From the IMG/VR virus record IMGVR_UViG_3300038345_000178: DNA of 60,788 nt; one strand, 5' to 3'. This document shows positions 45,663 to 57,151 of the stretch, in pieces. The notes under the pieces are model-generated. The model had not been told where the DNA came from and did not search any database. It saw only the letters and a program-made list of their open reading frames with translations. Within the stretch, counting starts at the first letter, position 1. Each line of letters starts with the position of its first letter. Position numbers and translations under genes: made by a program. Source of the stretch: an uncultured virus (IMG/VR IMGVR_UViG_3300038345_000178) (lineage: Duplodnaviria; Heunggongvirae; Uroviricota; Caudoviricetes).

Positions 45663-45878
45663 ATGATAAATATGATGCCTTATATGATGGATACTTCAGG
45701 AGCTTTTGGTAGTTATATAAACCATTTGGAAGAGCGAAGACAGATTCTTGAAGCAATAGCAAAGGGAGAAAACCCTTATGTAGGAGATTATTACTCTTGG
45801 ACAGAAATTGAAGAGTTGGAAGAAGCTCTTTTTGAGGACTACGGCATACATAAAGATTTATCATTTCTTCATAGTTAA
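45663..45878 (+). CDS. Hypothetical protein
   Basis: Follows the repeated promoter. Confidence 0.45.
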   Translation: MINMMPYMMDTSGAFGSYINHLEERRQILEAIAKGENPYVGDYYSWTEIEELEEALFEDYGIHKDLSFLHS

Positions 45879-45881
45879 TAT

Positions 45882-45957
45882 GCTGTGGTAGCTCAGTTAG
45901 CAGAGCACAAGATTGAAGCTCTTGGTGTCGGCGGTACGATTCCGTCCCGCAGCACCA
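45882..45957 (+). tRNA. tRNA-Phe (GAA)
   Basis: CAAGA TT GAA GC TCTTG, ACCA. Confidence 0.82.
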
Positions 45958-46167
45958 AATCCTAAGACTCACATAAAGGGATCCTGATGCAATGGGACAA
46001 TATGCTGGTCAGGCTGTGAGAGGTAACCTTGAAACATAGATGTTCGCTGTTTTGAGTTTAAAACAGCAAGGAAAATCAACTTATATATGAACGTTGTTTT
46101 GCCAAGAATGTTAATAAATTGTTGCTGGTTATTAACTGGATTTTGTTTGTTCATATTTTATATATAT

Positions 46168-46260
46168 AGGGGGATGGGTGAGTGGCTTAAACCGTCAGAT
46201 TGCTAATCTGTTGATCGCCTATATGGCGATCCGAGGGTTCAAATCCCTCTCCCCCTGCCA
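46168..46260 (+). tRNA. tRNA-Ser (GCT)
   Basis: TT GCT AA loop, long variable arm, GCCA. Confidence 0.88.
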
Positions 46261-46267
46261 AATATAT

Positions 46268-46345
46268 GGCTCTATCGTTCAGTTAGGTCTAGGACATCGC
46301 ACTGTCACTGCGAAGACACGGGTTCAAATCCCGTTAGAGCCGCCA
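46268..46345 (+). tRNA. tRNA-Asp (GTC)
   Basis: TCGCA CT GTC AC TGCGA, GCCA. Confidence 0.88.
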
Positions 46346-46689
46346 TAAATTTTTAATAAGGAGATGAAAAACCAATGCGATGTTGTTATGTGGATTGATT
46401 AATTAAATTAGTTCGACAGGCTGCAAAGAAAAAAGTGGAGGTAACAATTATGCGATTGGATTTCCGAGGGCGAAAGCCCTAAACATATCAATGATTAGAG
46501 ACGATTGGAGTGCTAATGAAAGGAGAAAGCGTCCTATGCAGCTAGACTTTCGAGGGCGAAAGCCCTGCTACTAATCAACGATTATAAAAATTAATGAGGG
46601 CATCGGATGTCCCACAAGTAAAAAGAGTTCGATTCTCTTTATTGACAGGTTCGACTCCTGTTAAGTTGGTGCTAAAACTTGATATATAT

Positions 46690-46762
46690 TCCCTCATAGC
46701 TTAGTTGGTAGAGCAAGACTCTGTTAAAGTCGAGGTCGTAGGTTCGAACCCTACTGAGGGAG
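46690..46762 (+). tRNA. tRNA-Asn (GTT)
   Basis: U1-A72 acceptor, CT GTT AA loop. Confidence 0.85.
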
Positions 46763-46816
46763 CTTTGGAGATTAGCCGTTAATCGCCATAAAGGATAAAC
46801 GGCGGCATAATAGTAG

Positions 46817-47027
46817 AAGCATAGGTAATAGTGGGGTTCGACGCCCTCGTCTGCGGACGGCTCAAGGGAAGCAAAAAAGCCTGTGCGATGTAAGCGATTG
46901 CCGACCTGTCAATGTCGTTAAACTTGCGTTAAACTTGGTAGCTGTAGCATAGCTGAAAGCATAGGTAAATAGTGGGGTTCGACGCCCCCTTCTGCGGAAG
47001 GCTCAATGGAAGCATAAAAGCCTATGT
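46817..47027 (+). ncRNA. Tandem pair of about 70-nt structured RNA units (46817-46886, 46957-47027)
   Basis: Closing stem CATAGG/CCT(G/A)TG, T-loop-like GGGGTTCGACGCCC, compensatory CGTC-tgcg-GACG vs CTTC-tgcg-GAAG. Confidence 0.6.
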
Positions 47028-47254
47028 AAAATGTGAATCCCAAGCAGTCGCCTCTCAGCACATAGGGGTATTTAGTAAAAACTGCAAAGGCTGAAAGTTA
47101 GTGCTGTAATGAGTAAGTCGAGACACCGTTGGGATGTCGGTGTCACTTATATTAATTTGATATGACGGAGGAAGGCGGCGGGTCTGCACGTCGAGGTCTT
47201 AGTCCATGGGATAAAAGCCCGAAAGTGCTGGTTCAAATCCTATCTCCGTATTAT

Positions 47255-47331
47255 GCAAATGTAGCTTAGATGGATAAAGCCCTCGACCGATAATCGAGAG
47301 ACCACTGGTTCAAGTCCAGTCATTTGCACCA
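47255..47331 (+). tRNA. tRNA-Ile (GAT)
   Basis: CTCGA CC GAT AA TCGAG (C33), ACCA. Confidence 0.82.
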
Positions 47332-47371
47332 TTAAAAATAAAAATAAAAATACTTTAAAGGAGAAGAAAAT

Positions 47372-47704
47372 ATGTCAAGGTACAGAACTTACACAGATGG
47401 TAAGGGTAAGGTAGTAGTGGTATCCACCTATGCAGGCAAGAATGTCCGAGGAGTTGCAAAGTGTCATCCAAGTGATACTTTTGATAATGAAAAGGGCGTA
47501 GAAATTGCTCAGGCTCGATGTGATTTGAAGATCGCTGAAAAGAGAGTTAAGAGAGCAAAAGAGAAGTACAACGAAGCGGTTGCTGCTTTTAATACCGCGT
47601 CTAAGAATGTTGACAAAGCTACTGAGTATGTGCTCCATGCAGAACAGCTTGCTCTTGAAGCCTGTAAAGCTCTTGAAGCTTGCGGTAAGGATATTACAAA
47701 TTGA
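47372..47704 (+). CDS. Hypothetical protein
   Basis: AAGGAG SD; GVAKCHPSDTFD...G..IA..R followed by a coiled-coil. Confidence 0.6.
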   Translation: MSRYRTYTDGKGKVVVVSTYAGKNVRGVAKCHPSDTFDNEKGVEIAQARCDLKIAEKRVKRAKEKYNEAVAAFNTASKNVDKATEYVLHAEQLALEACKALEACGKDITN

Positions 47705-48192
47705 CAAAACTCTCCTAATAAAATACTATAAGGAGAGATAATAAATTGAAGTCTTTACGTCAATACTTTCATATATCAGCCGCAACAATCATTTTGGCTT
47801 TATAGTCAACAGGAACAACAGAATAGGAATTATTTAAAAAGTTAATTAAAAAAAATATTCCTTTGTTTGAATGTTCCATTCCATATCAAATAAGTTCATC
47901 TCGATTAGAAAAAGTTAATGATGTGCTGTATATATTAGGTTGCGACGAGAACGAAATTATTTATATTGATTTTTGATATGATAGAATTTTTCGCTACAAT
48001 AGGAAATCAGATGGTGGAAGGAAATTTTTCTTTCGCCATCTTAGTTGTCGGCATTATACAGTGTATGCTGATGATAACAACTTTACTTACGAGAAAAAAA
48101 TAACATTTGTTGATTTTTAAAAAAAATTATAGTATAATATATATGTAAGATAAAAGAGAAAAGAAAAATAAAAAATCTCTTTTATCAAATAT

Positions 48193-48267
48193 AGCAGTAC
48201 AGAGCGTTGGTCGTTCAGCTTCCTCATAAGGAGTTTGGTGTAGGTCCGATTCCTACTACTGCTACCA
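48193..48267 (+). tRNA. tRNA-Met (CAT), atypical D-arm
   Basis: AGCAGTA/TACTGCT acceptor, CT CAT AA loop, ACCA. Confidence 0.6.
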
Positions 48268-48410
48268 CTTCGGCACTTGAGCTATATCTCAAGCCAATTT
48301 CACAAATATATAGTCGAAGAATATTTTTGTTATCAAAAAATAACTCTATTACATTTTTGTAAAGTTAGCGTTACTGACGTCATCTTAGTTTTTGGTAATA
48401 GAAGAGATAT

Positions 48411-48488
48411 CGGGGTATGGTCTAGTTTGCTTATGGCGCTCGCTTTGGGAGCGAGATATCGGGAGTTGAAATCTCCCTACCCCGACCA
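48411..48488 (+). tRNA. tRNA-Pro (TGG)
   Basis: C1-G72, CTCGC TT TGG GA GCGAG, ACCA. Confidence 0.85.
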
Positions 48489-48498
48489 CCTACTATAT

Positions 48499-48572
48499 TC
48501 CAGTATGGCGAAATAGGTAAAACGCAGGGTAGATATCGCCCTATATCATAGGTTCGAATCCTATTGCTGGAA
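48499..48572 (+). tRNA. tRNA-like gene with a non-canonical anticodon loop
   Basis: Acceptor, D and T arms intact; loop AGATATC lacks U33 and purine 37. Confidence 0.55.
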
Positions 48573-48576
48573 TTAT

Positions 48577-48661
48577 GGGGAGGTATTCCGTAAGTGGTAG
48601 CGGGGCGGTCTGTAAAACCGTTGCTTCGGCTCGGATGGTTCGACTCCATCCCTCCCCACCA
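48577..48661 (+). tRNA. tRNA-Tyr (GTA)
   Basis: GCGGT CT GTA AA ACCGT, variable arm, ACCA. Confidence 0.85.
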
Positions 48662-48750
48662 ACAAACCTTCCGCACATTTTATGTGACCCAGTGAAAGAT
48701 AGCAGGTGTGTCAACACACCCCCACAATTTTCATAAAAAGGAGTTTTCTG

Positions 48751-48975
48751 ATGAGAGCAAGATTGATTTTGGATACGGTTTCAGATGTAACGAGATTTGT
48801 TGAAATTACAAAAAAGCTTAAACAGCCCATTACAGTTACAGATGGAAACGGCTTGAAAGTAAATGCAAAGTCATTGATGGGTATGTTATATGCCCTTGAA
48901 TTTACAGATTTACTTTGCGAAACAGAAGATGACAATGATATATACATGGCAATAAAGGAGTTCGTCATTGAGTGA
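48751..48975 (+). CDS. HPr-family phosphocarrier-like protein
   Basis: VNAKSLMGML (Ser46 region) present; no GLHARP His15 motif. Confidence 0.7.
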   Translation: MRARLILDTVSDVTRFVEITKKLKQPITVTDGNGLKVNAKSLMGMLYALEFTDLLCETEDDNDIYMAIKEFVIE

Positions 48976-49095
48976 TGGACTCCTTTATTTTTATATTCTT
49001 TTATTTAGTTAAGAGAATTACAAAGTCTGGATGGTGCGAAAGCACCCGTTCATGTGAAATGAAAAGTGATTTTGGATTTTTTATTTTGAAATTAA

Positions 49096-49144
49096 GGTCA
49101 AAATTAGATAATAAAAAAACTCCTATTTTTATATAACATAGAAA
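49096..49144 (+). promoter_or_regulatory. Putative late promoter GGNCAAA-N23-TTTTTAT-N5-ATAGAA
   Basis: Same spacing at 60726-60774 (+), 7609-7657 (-), 4664-4712 (-) and 2631-2679 (-, degenerate upstream box). Confidence 0.6.
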
Positions 49145-49174
49145 GACACATATGGATAAAAAGGGAGGATTCTT

Positions 49175-49438
49175 ATGTTTTATAAATTGGATATAGCTTT
49201 TGAAAACGAAGAGGCTGCAACTGCCGCATTAGGTAATATTAAAATGTATTTTGTTGGGACGGGTGCAACAGGTCATATAAAAGAAGATGGTAAAAAATAT
49301 AGAGAATATATTTTAGCTTCTACTGATATAAATAAATTAAATAATATAACCAATGCGATTAGCGGTTCTAGGGCTTTTGTAGTTGATATAGATAAAACAT
49401 ATGTATTAAATAATGGGATTTGGACTGAACAGTCTTAA
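49175..49438 (+). CDS. Hypothetical virion-associated protein
   Basis: Paralogous to the N-terminus of 49468-50352 (I.MYFVGT...STD.NKL..ITNAI.GS.AF.VD). Confidence 0.6.
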   Translation: MFYKLDIAFENEEAATAALGNIKMYFVGTGATGHIKEDGKKYREYILASTDINKLNNITNAISGSRAFVVDIDKTYVLNNGIWTEQS

Positions 49439-49467
49439 TAAAAATATAAAAAGGAGAGAAAAGAATA

Positions 49468-50352
49468 ATGTATATTTACATGGGTATGTTCTTTAAATCT
49501 CCACAAGACGTTCCAGATTTTGGTAGCATAACAATGTATTTTGTTGGCACTAAGTAGCTGGGATATGTGGAAGAAGGACATAAAAGATTTAGAAAGTATG
49601 CCTTCCAGTCTACAGATTTGAATAAACTATCTTTAATAACAAATGCAATAGATGGCTCCGAAGCATTTGCTGTTGACACTGGAACTACTTATGTATTATA
49701 TGATGGATAGTGGAGTGTAAAAAGCTCTGAATTAAATCCAACAAAAATTGCGGAAATACTTGAAAATATTACTCAAATTGATTATCAAATAGTAAATTAG
49801 TTACCGCAAACTGGTGTAAAAGGAACAATTTATTTAATAGCGAACGAAACTGCATAGGGCGATTATTATGATGAATATATATATATTAATAACGCCTATG
49901 AAAAAATGGGGAATACTGCACCAGCAATTTCTACAATGACTGGAGCTACTGCCAATGCGGCTGGAGCTGCTGGGCTAGTTCCTGCTCCAACAAGCAGCGA
50001 AAAAGATTATTTTCTAAAAGGAGACGGAACCTGGTCACAAATAAATGTAACTAATACAGATACAACCTATACATTGGCTCAAGACCCCAATGATGGGCAT
50101 AAAATTACTTTTACTTCATCAACAGGAAGCGCAACTACAATTACAATTCCTGATGATGATACTACATATAATGCGGCGACCCAGCAAGCAGACGGTTTAA
50201 TGTCTTCAACAGACAAGACTAAATTAGATAACATTACTGTTGCAGATTTGCTAACAACCACAGATATTGTAGTATGCACTCAAGATCAATATGACCAATT
50301 ACAATCAAAACCTGCTTTATTATATTTTATTAAATAGGATGAAGGGGGTTAA
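49468..50352 (+). CDS. Tail-fibre-like protein (294 aa, 5 TAG)
   Basis: One frame through TAGs; GLVPAP...FLKGDGTW and ADGLMSSTDKTKLD fibre motifs. Confidence 0.7.
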
Positions 50353-50357
50353 TATAA

Positions 50358-53231
50358 ATGCCCATTTATTCTCAAAATAAACAAATTGTAAAAATAATGA
50401 ATAATAATAACGATGTTTTATTTAATGCAATAAAGAATATAAATGAAAAGTCTATGACAGGGGCGCCCTCGCTCCAATTTCAATCTAATGGAGATAATTT
50501 AACTAATTATACAATATATGGAAATAAAAATGGAGTAGGAGATTATAATTTAACAACATAGAAATATGATATTCCAATTACGGTTAGTAATAAAAATTTA
50601 TTTGATATGAGTAAAGTAGACCTTGTTAATTTAAATCCACAATTTGGAACTGGAAAAGTTATTCAATTTGATTCTTCTGTTTATAGTTTAGTTATGCCAT
50701 TAGAAGAAGGACTTTATACTTTTTCAATATTAGCTCCGCTTAATGATAATCTACGTAATAGACAAAGAATAGCTTGCTATAGTAGATATCCTCAATTAAA
50801 TGATGAAACATTGTCATGGACTGAAATTTCTCATAGAGAAAATGATGTTGGAGATATTCTTAGTGTTAGGTTTTCAGCGCCGCACGGGACTAAATATATA
50901 ATGATTTTTTTATGGTATAAAGATTATCCTCTTGAAACTATAACTTCTATCCTTGAAAGTATTCAAATTATGATTTAGCCAGGAGATGTTGTAACAAATT
51001 ATATTGCTCATAATAGTAATACAACAAATATTTAGCTTGATGCTCCATTGTCTTTTAATGATAAAAAAGAAATAAAAAATCATAATCTGCAAACATATTC
51101 GGGTTTAAATATTTTCTCAGTAAATACAGAAAAAAAACCTGTAGCTATAACCCTTAATAATGATAATTTTACATATATTAACTCTGGATTACAAAAGTTT
51201 TATATAGTACGTTATTATAATGAAGATGAACTTGTTTATACAGAATATGTTCCTGCTGATAAAAATGCTATGGGTTTAGCTGAAGAGGCTTCACCCAAAA
51301 AAATTAGTTCAGAACAATATGATTATATTTTTAAAGGCTGGAGTGCCATACCTAATCAATCTATTGTAAATGCGAATATATTAAACAATATTACTAATAA
51401 TAAGGATGTATATGCAGTTTTTGAACAGGTTGAAAGGACTTTTACTGTTTAGTTTTATGGTGAAGATATTAATACTCCAATTCAAACAGTTCAGAATGTA
51501 CCTTACGGCGGTACAGCAACTTACACAGGAGCGACACCAACAAGCTCTCAGGCAGGCTATATTTTTTCAGGATGGTCGCCGTCAAATACGAACATCACAG
51601 CAGATACAAGTTGTTATGCTCAATTCAAAGAGGATGAAATGTATGAATCAATAACGGACACTTGGTCGCAAATCATCGCAAATGTGAGCAATGGCACATA
51701 CTCAACAAAATATCAAGTCGGTGACACGAAGAAGATTGACTTAGGCACTGAGGGCGAAGTCATTATGACAATAGTTGGTATTGATGCCGATGACCTTGCA
51801 GACAACAGCGGCAAAGCTCCGATAACTTGGATAAGCAAACAATTGTTGAAAACCAACCACAGAATGAACCCAGAAGAGCAGAGTGGTACATCGGGTACAG
51901 GAATTATCGGAGGTTGGGAGGCTTGCGAGATGAGGAGTTATCTTATCAACACCATCAAGCCGCTCTTGCCGCCGGAAGTCCGTAATGCGTTGAAAACGGT
52001 CAAGAAGTATTCAAGAATATACAATACTTCTAAAACATCAGTTAATAATGTTGTGTCAAATGATGATATTTGGATACCGTCAGCTTATGAGGTGAATTTC
52101 TCAGGTCATGAAACTTCTGGCGTTACATATTCTACCGCATTCCCTGATAATGCAAGCCGAATTAAACACAAGGTCGGTGGCTCTGCGGCGTGGTGGTGGC
52201 TGCGGTCTGCCAGTTCCTACGCTTTCAGAGTTGTCGCCCCCGGTGGTAGTAACAATGGCGGCAGTGCCGCTACTTCAGACGGCGTGGCGGTCGGCTTCTG
52301 CTTAGGTGCACCAACATACACAGTAACATATTATTCACAAGATGGACAAGCAGTTCTCTCAACAGAAACAGTTGAAGAAGGTCATAATTGTATATATTCA
52401 ACTTCACCTACAAAAGAATCTGATACAGACTTTGATTATAATTTTGTGGGCTGGTCAACAGCAACAAATAGTACAACTGCAACCGCAGGAGCCACTGAAA
52501 ACATTCAACAAAATACCGATCTGTATGCTGCATTTAGCAAATCATTTAAAACAGATACTATTTCTGACTCTTGGGAAGAAATAATTGCTAACTGTGATAA
52601 TGGAACATATGCAAGTAAATATCAAGTTGGTGATTTAAAAACAATTAATGTTGGTACAGAAGGTCCTGTTCAAATGCAAATAGTTGCTATTGATACAGAC
52701 TTATTAGCATCTGATAATACCAAGAAAGCACCAATTACATGGATTAGTAAACAGCTATTAAATACTTATAAGGCTATGCATAGTACATCGTCTGGTTATT
52801 TACCAGATTGGGCTAATTGTGATATGAGAACTTATTTAAGAGGCACTATTCTACCAATGTTACCTTCTGTTGTTCAAAATGGAATTAAAGAAGTTACTAA
52901 ATATACTTGTAAACGTACTAGCTCTACAGCATATACGACTGTAAGTGCCACGGAAAATATATGGCTGCCTTCTTATAGAGAGGTTAGTAACAATACTTCA
53001 AACTGTGAGACCTCTGGTGTACAATATAATAGTATATTTACTGATAATGCATCACGAGTTAAATCTAAAGTTGGGAATAGCGCTTATTACTGGTGGACAA
53101 GATCAGCCTCAGGGAACTCGAATAGCGCCGCTTCGTAGCGTTTTGCTGGTATGGATAGCGACGGTACTGCGGGCTACTATGGCCGCATCTGCACCGGTTC
53201 CGTTGGGGTGGCTATTGGATTCTGTACATAA
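50358..53231 (+). CDS. Tail/receptor-binding protein 1 (957 aa, 5 TAG): InlB-B-like repeats plus two DUF6273/CLec-like domains
   Basis: ORFs 50358, 50607, 51048 and 51639 are in one frame broken only by TAG; WW.RS...GV..GFC domain ends. Confidence 0.75.
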
Positions 53232-53400
53232 TAAACCAGAAATGAAATAAAAGGAGTTTTAAAAAGTGTGTCTGTCGTAAAAAGTTAAAGAAAATTATCT
53301 AATTTAGAATATGTATTGGGAGCTATTTTTAAAAATGCAAAATTGGATTAACAGTTAAATGCTATATATATTTATTCTTTTTGGAGGTGAAATATAAATA

Positions 53401-54765
53401 ATGTCTTATCCTTTTTCACACACAATTATAAAAATATTAGACAATTCAGGTAATGAGATTTTACCATTGAAAAACATTACAAGCGTAAATACAATTGCAG
53501 GTTAGCTTCCTGTTATATTTACGTCTAATGGTTCTAATTTAACATATTATGAAATTTATGGAAATACAAATGGAGTTGGAGACTATGATTCAACTACTCA
53601 AAAATATATAATCCCAATTACAATATTTAATTCAGTTTCCTCGCCAACTTCTTCACACACAATTAGATTATCTTTAGATTCTGCATTAACCGCATCTCAA
53701 AAGATAACACTAGTTGATACAAATATTGATATTTCAACATACAGTGGAAAGAATTTAATTACAGTAGATACAACTATTAAACCATCTAAAATTTTAATTA
53801 AAGGGAATATTGATTTAATTAGTATGGGTCCTGAAGTAACTTATACTATTACTTATAAAAATTATGATGGTTCTGCGGTTTTAGATACAGAAACGATTAT
53901 CACCACTTTTGGAGTTAAAGCCAATGCAAGAGGCTATATTAATACTACTCCTACAAGAACTGGAACTGCAGATTTAAATTATACATTTGTAGGATGGTCA
54001 ACCGCCCCAAATCAAACGTCTCGAGCCGACGAAAGCGTGTTTCACAATATTCAAAATGATTTAACTTTATACGCAGCATTTCAAAAAACTTTTACAACAG
54101 ATACTATTTTAGATTCTTGGGAGCAAATTATTGAAAATTGTAATAATGGTACATATATGCATTATCAAATTGGCGATTTAAAAACTCTAGATATTGGCAG
54201 CTAGGGACCAGTTCAAATGGAAATTGTTGCTATTGATACGGACGATAAAGCTGATAATTCTGGCAAAGCCGCAATTACTTGGATAAGTAAGCAATTATTA
54301 AATACAGAACGCAGGATGCACTCAAGCTCTAATGGTTATGCAGCATGGTCTACTTGTGAATTAAGAGGTTATTTAAGAGGTGAATTTTTCTCAACGCTAC
54401 CAATTGTGGTTCAAAATGGTATTAAAGAAGTTACTAAATATACCTCTTAGAGAACTGGAGCCACAGATTGGGCAACTCATTCTAGCACTGAAACTATTTG
54501 GATTCCATCTTCTAAAGAAATTGACAATACTGTTGAAAATAATGGTCCATATTATTCATGTGCAGCTAGAACGACCCCCTGGAGGAGCAAAGACCAAGAT
54601 CCATCATCCTATTGGACATCCTATTGGTGGTTAAGAACCGCTTCTACAGGTCCGGCATATAGTGCTGGCTGCTATCAAAGGGTATTTAATTGCGATAAAA
54701 GCATTAACACAAACGGTGACTATGCCACAAAGTTAAATAAAATAACTTTTGGATTTTGCACATAA
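53401..54765 (+). CDS. Tail/receptor-binding protein 2 (454 aa, 3 TAG)
   Basis: GGAGGTG SD; same domain family; TAG at 53503, 54202 and 54448. Confidence 0.75.
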
Positions 54766-54871
54766 ATATTTTTTAATATATGCAAGAAGGATAACTTCTT
54801 GCATATATTAAATTGACTTTTATTAAAAATTTTGTTATAATAAAATTGGACTATAAAAAAGGAGTGATTAA

Positions 54872-55198
54872 ATGGGAACAATTTCAAAAGTAAAATTACC
54901 AAATGGCACTTAGTATGATATCATTGATGAGAAGGTCGCTCAAAATGCGGCACCTGCATCTGGTACTTTTGATTTATTATTAGCTAAAACCGCAAGTAGT
55001 CACACAGCAGAAACAAATACTACATACAAAAGCGGTTCTAATTTAAATTTTAATGCCGCCACTGGCCAATTAAACATTTCTGGCGGAGTGGCATTAACTT
55101 CAAATGATATAGTAATATGTACAGAAAGCGAATATGAAAGTATGCAATCAAGATCTGGGTTGTTTTATCTCATAAAGGAAGGGGTCCCTTCTCCATGA
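54872..55198 (+). CDS. Short fibre-related protein (108 aa, 1 TAG)
   Basis: C-terminus DIVICTESEYESMQSRSGLFYLIKE is paralogous to the end of 49468-50352. Confidence 0.65.
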
Positions 55199-57114
55199 GT
55201 CTTGTTTCTTCTGATAACAAAAAAATTACAGCAATAAAAGATAATCTTGGAAATGTTCTTATAGATTTTAGAAATACTATCATAGTTTAGCAAGAACTCC
55301 CTATTATGTTTAATTCTTCTGGATATAATTTAACAACATATACTATTGAAGGCAACTCTGGTGGAGTTGGAAACTATGATTCAATAACTCAAAAATATAT
55401 TATTCCAATTACAATTAAAAATAAAAATTTACTTAATTTAAATAATATTGATATTGTAGATTTCTACCCCGATAATGCAAATGGAACTTTAACAAATGCA
55501 ATAGCTAATTGCCACAGTATTGTGGTTCCAATTAAATAGGGTGTATACACTTTTTCAATTAACCATCCTAGTGGATAGCCAGTAAGAAATAGAAATAGAA
55601 TAGCTTGTTTTGAAAATTATCCTCAATTAGGAGATACTTGTTTAACCTGGACAGATACTGCCGTTCGTACTGGTGATATTGTTAGCATTAACTTTTCAGC
55701 CCCTACAAACACAAACTATGCTGTTATTTTTCTTTGGGCAGGAAACAATCCTTATACAACCGAATTAATTAATAATATTATCGTTAATAGATAGTTAATG
55801 ATAGAACCAGGAAGTGCTTTAACTACTTATGTTGAAAACGCGGAACAAACAATCGAATTGTCCTTAAACGATCCTCTATTTACGAATCAGTATGTTTCGG
55901 GTCCAATTGATAATAATACTATAATTCAAACCTATGAAGGATTGAACATATTAACAGTAGACACAACAATAAAACCCTTAACAGTTTTATTAAAAGGAGA
56001 TATTGATTATATAGATGCTGATAATCCTACAATATATAAAATAAGATATTATAATACAAATGGCAATCAATTACTATATACAGAATATATTCCAGCTGGC
56101 GGGAATGCAAATGGCTGGTTAAGAGCTCCATCAAAGCCAAAAGATCAATACGAATATACCTTTGTCGGCTGGAATTTATTAACAAATCAATCTACGGCAA
56201 CACAAAATGTGCTTAATAATATTACTTCTGATAAAGATGTATACGCAGCCTTTTCTGCGGTTGAAGCTTCTTATACAGTTAAATTTATTAATGGAACAAC
56301 TCTTTTGCAAACTGTTAACAACATTCCTTATCAAGGAACTGCAACATATACTGGTAGCACTCCCGTTCATCCAGAATCCCCAGAGAATTATATTTTTACG
56401 GGGTGGCTTCCTTCAAATACTAATATTGAAAACGATATGGTTTGTTATGCTCAATTTCAATATGTGCCTCAAACTATTGAAGATAGCTGGGAAACAATTA
56501 TATCAAATGTTAATAATGGAACTTATTTAAATAAATATCATGTTGGTGATTTGAAAACTATTACTGCTAACGATGGATCTGTATCTATAGATATGGAAAT
56601 TGTTGCTATTGATGCAGATGATAAAGCTGATAATTCTGGCAAAGCCGCAATTACTTGGATAAGTAAGCAATTATTACCATATCCTTATGCAATTGATTCA
56701 TCTTCTGACTTGAGTTGGGAAAATAGTGATATAAGAAGTTTTATAAGAGCAATTACTACAGCTTATTTCCCTTCTATCATACAAAACGCTATTGTCCCTG
56801 TTAAAAAATATTCGATTATTTATGATTCTGGAAATTATACAGAAGCACTTACAACCGACACTACATGGATTCCATCATATAGAGAGATATTTGGTGGTTC
56901 CGCTCATGAAACACACGGTCCAATTTATTCATAGATTTTTTCTAATAATACTTCTCGTATTAAAGTTATAGGAAATAATACTATAGGTTATTGGTGGTGG
57001 CTACGCTCTGTCGAGGGTTTTGATACTTATTATAGAGTTAGTGCAGAGGGTTCTAGTGGAGTTGGTTCTAATCATTAGACAACAGGAACTTTTGCAATAG
57101 GTTTTTGTTTTTGA
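55195..57114 (+). CDS. Tail/receptor-binding protein 3 (639 aa, 6 TAG)
   Basis: ATGA overlap with the upstream gene; single frame through ORFs 55306 and 55798 to TGA. Confidence 0.75.
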
Positions 57115-57151
57115 TATAAATTTTAATAGATAAAAAGGAGGGACGTATTTT

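Noticed and set aside
47746..47976. Possible TAG-containing 76-aa ORF in the tRNA region
   Set aside because: It has an SD and two TAGs but no recognisable motif, and competing frames exist; too weak to call
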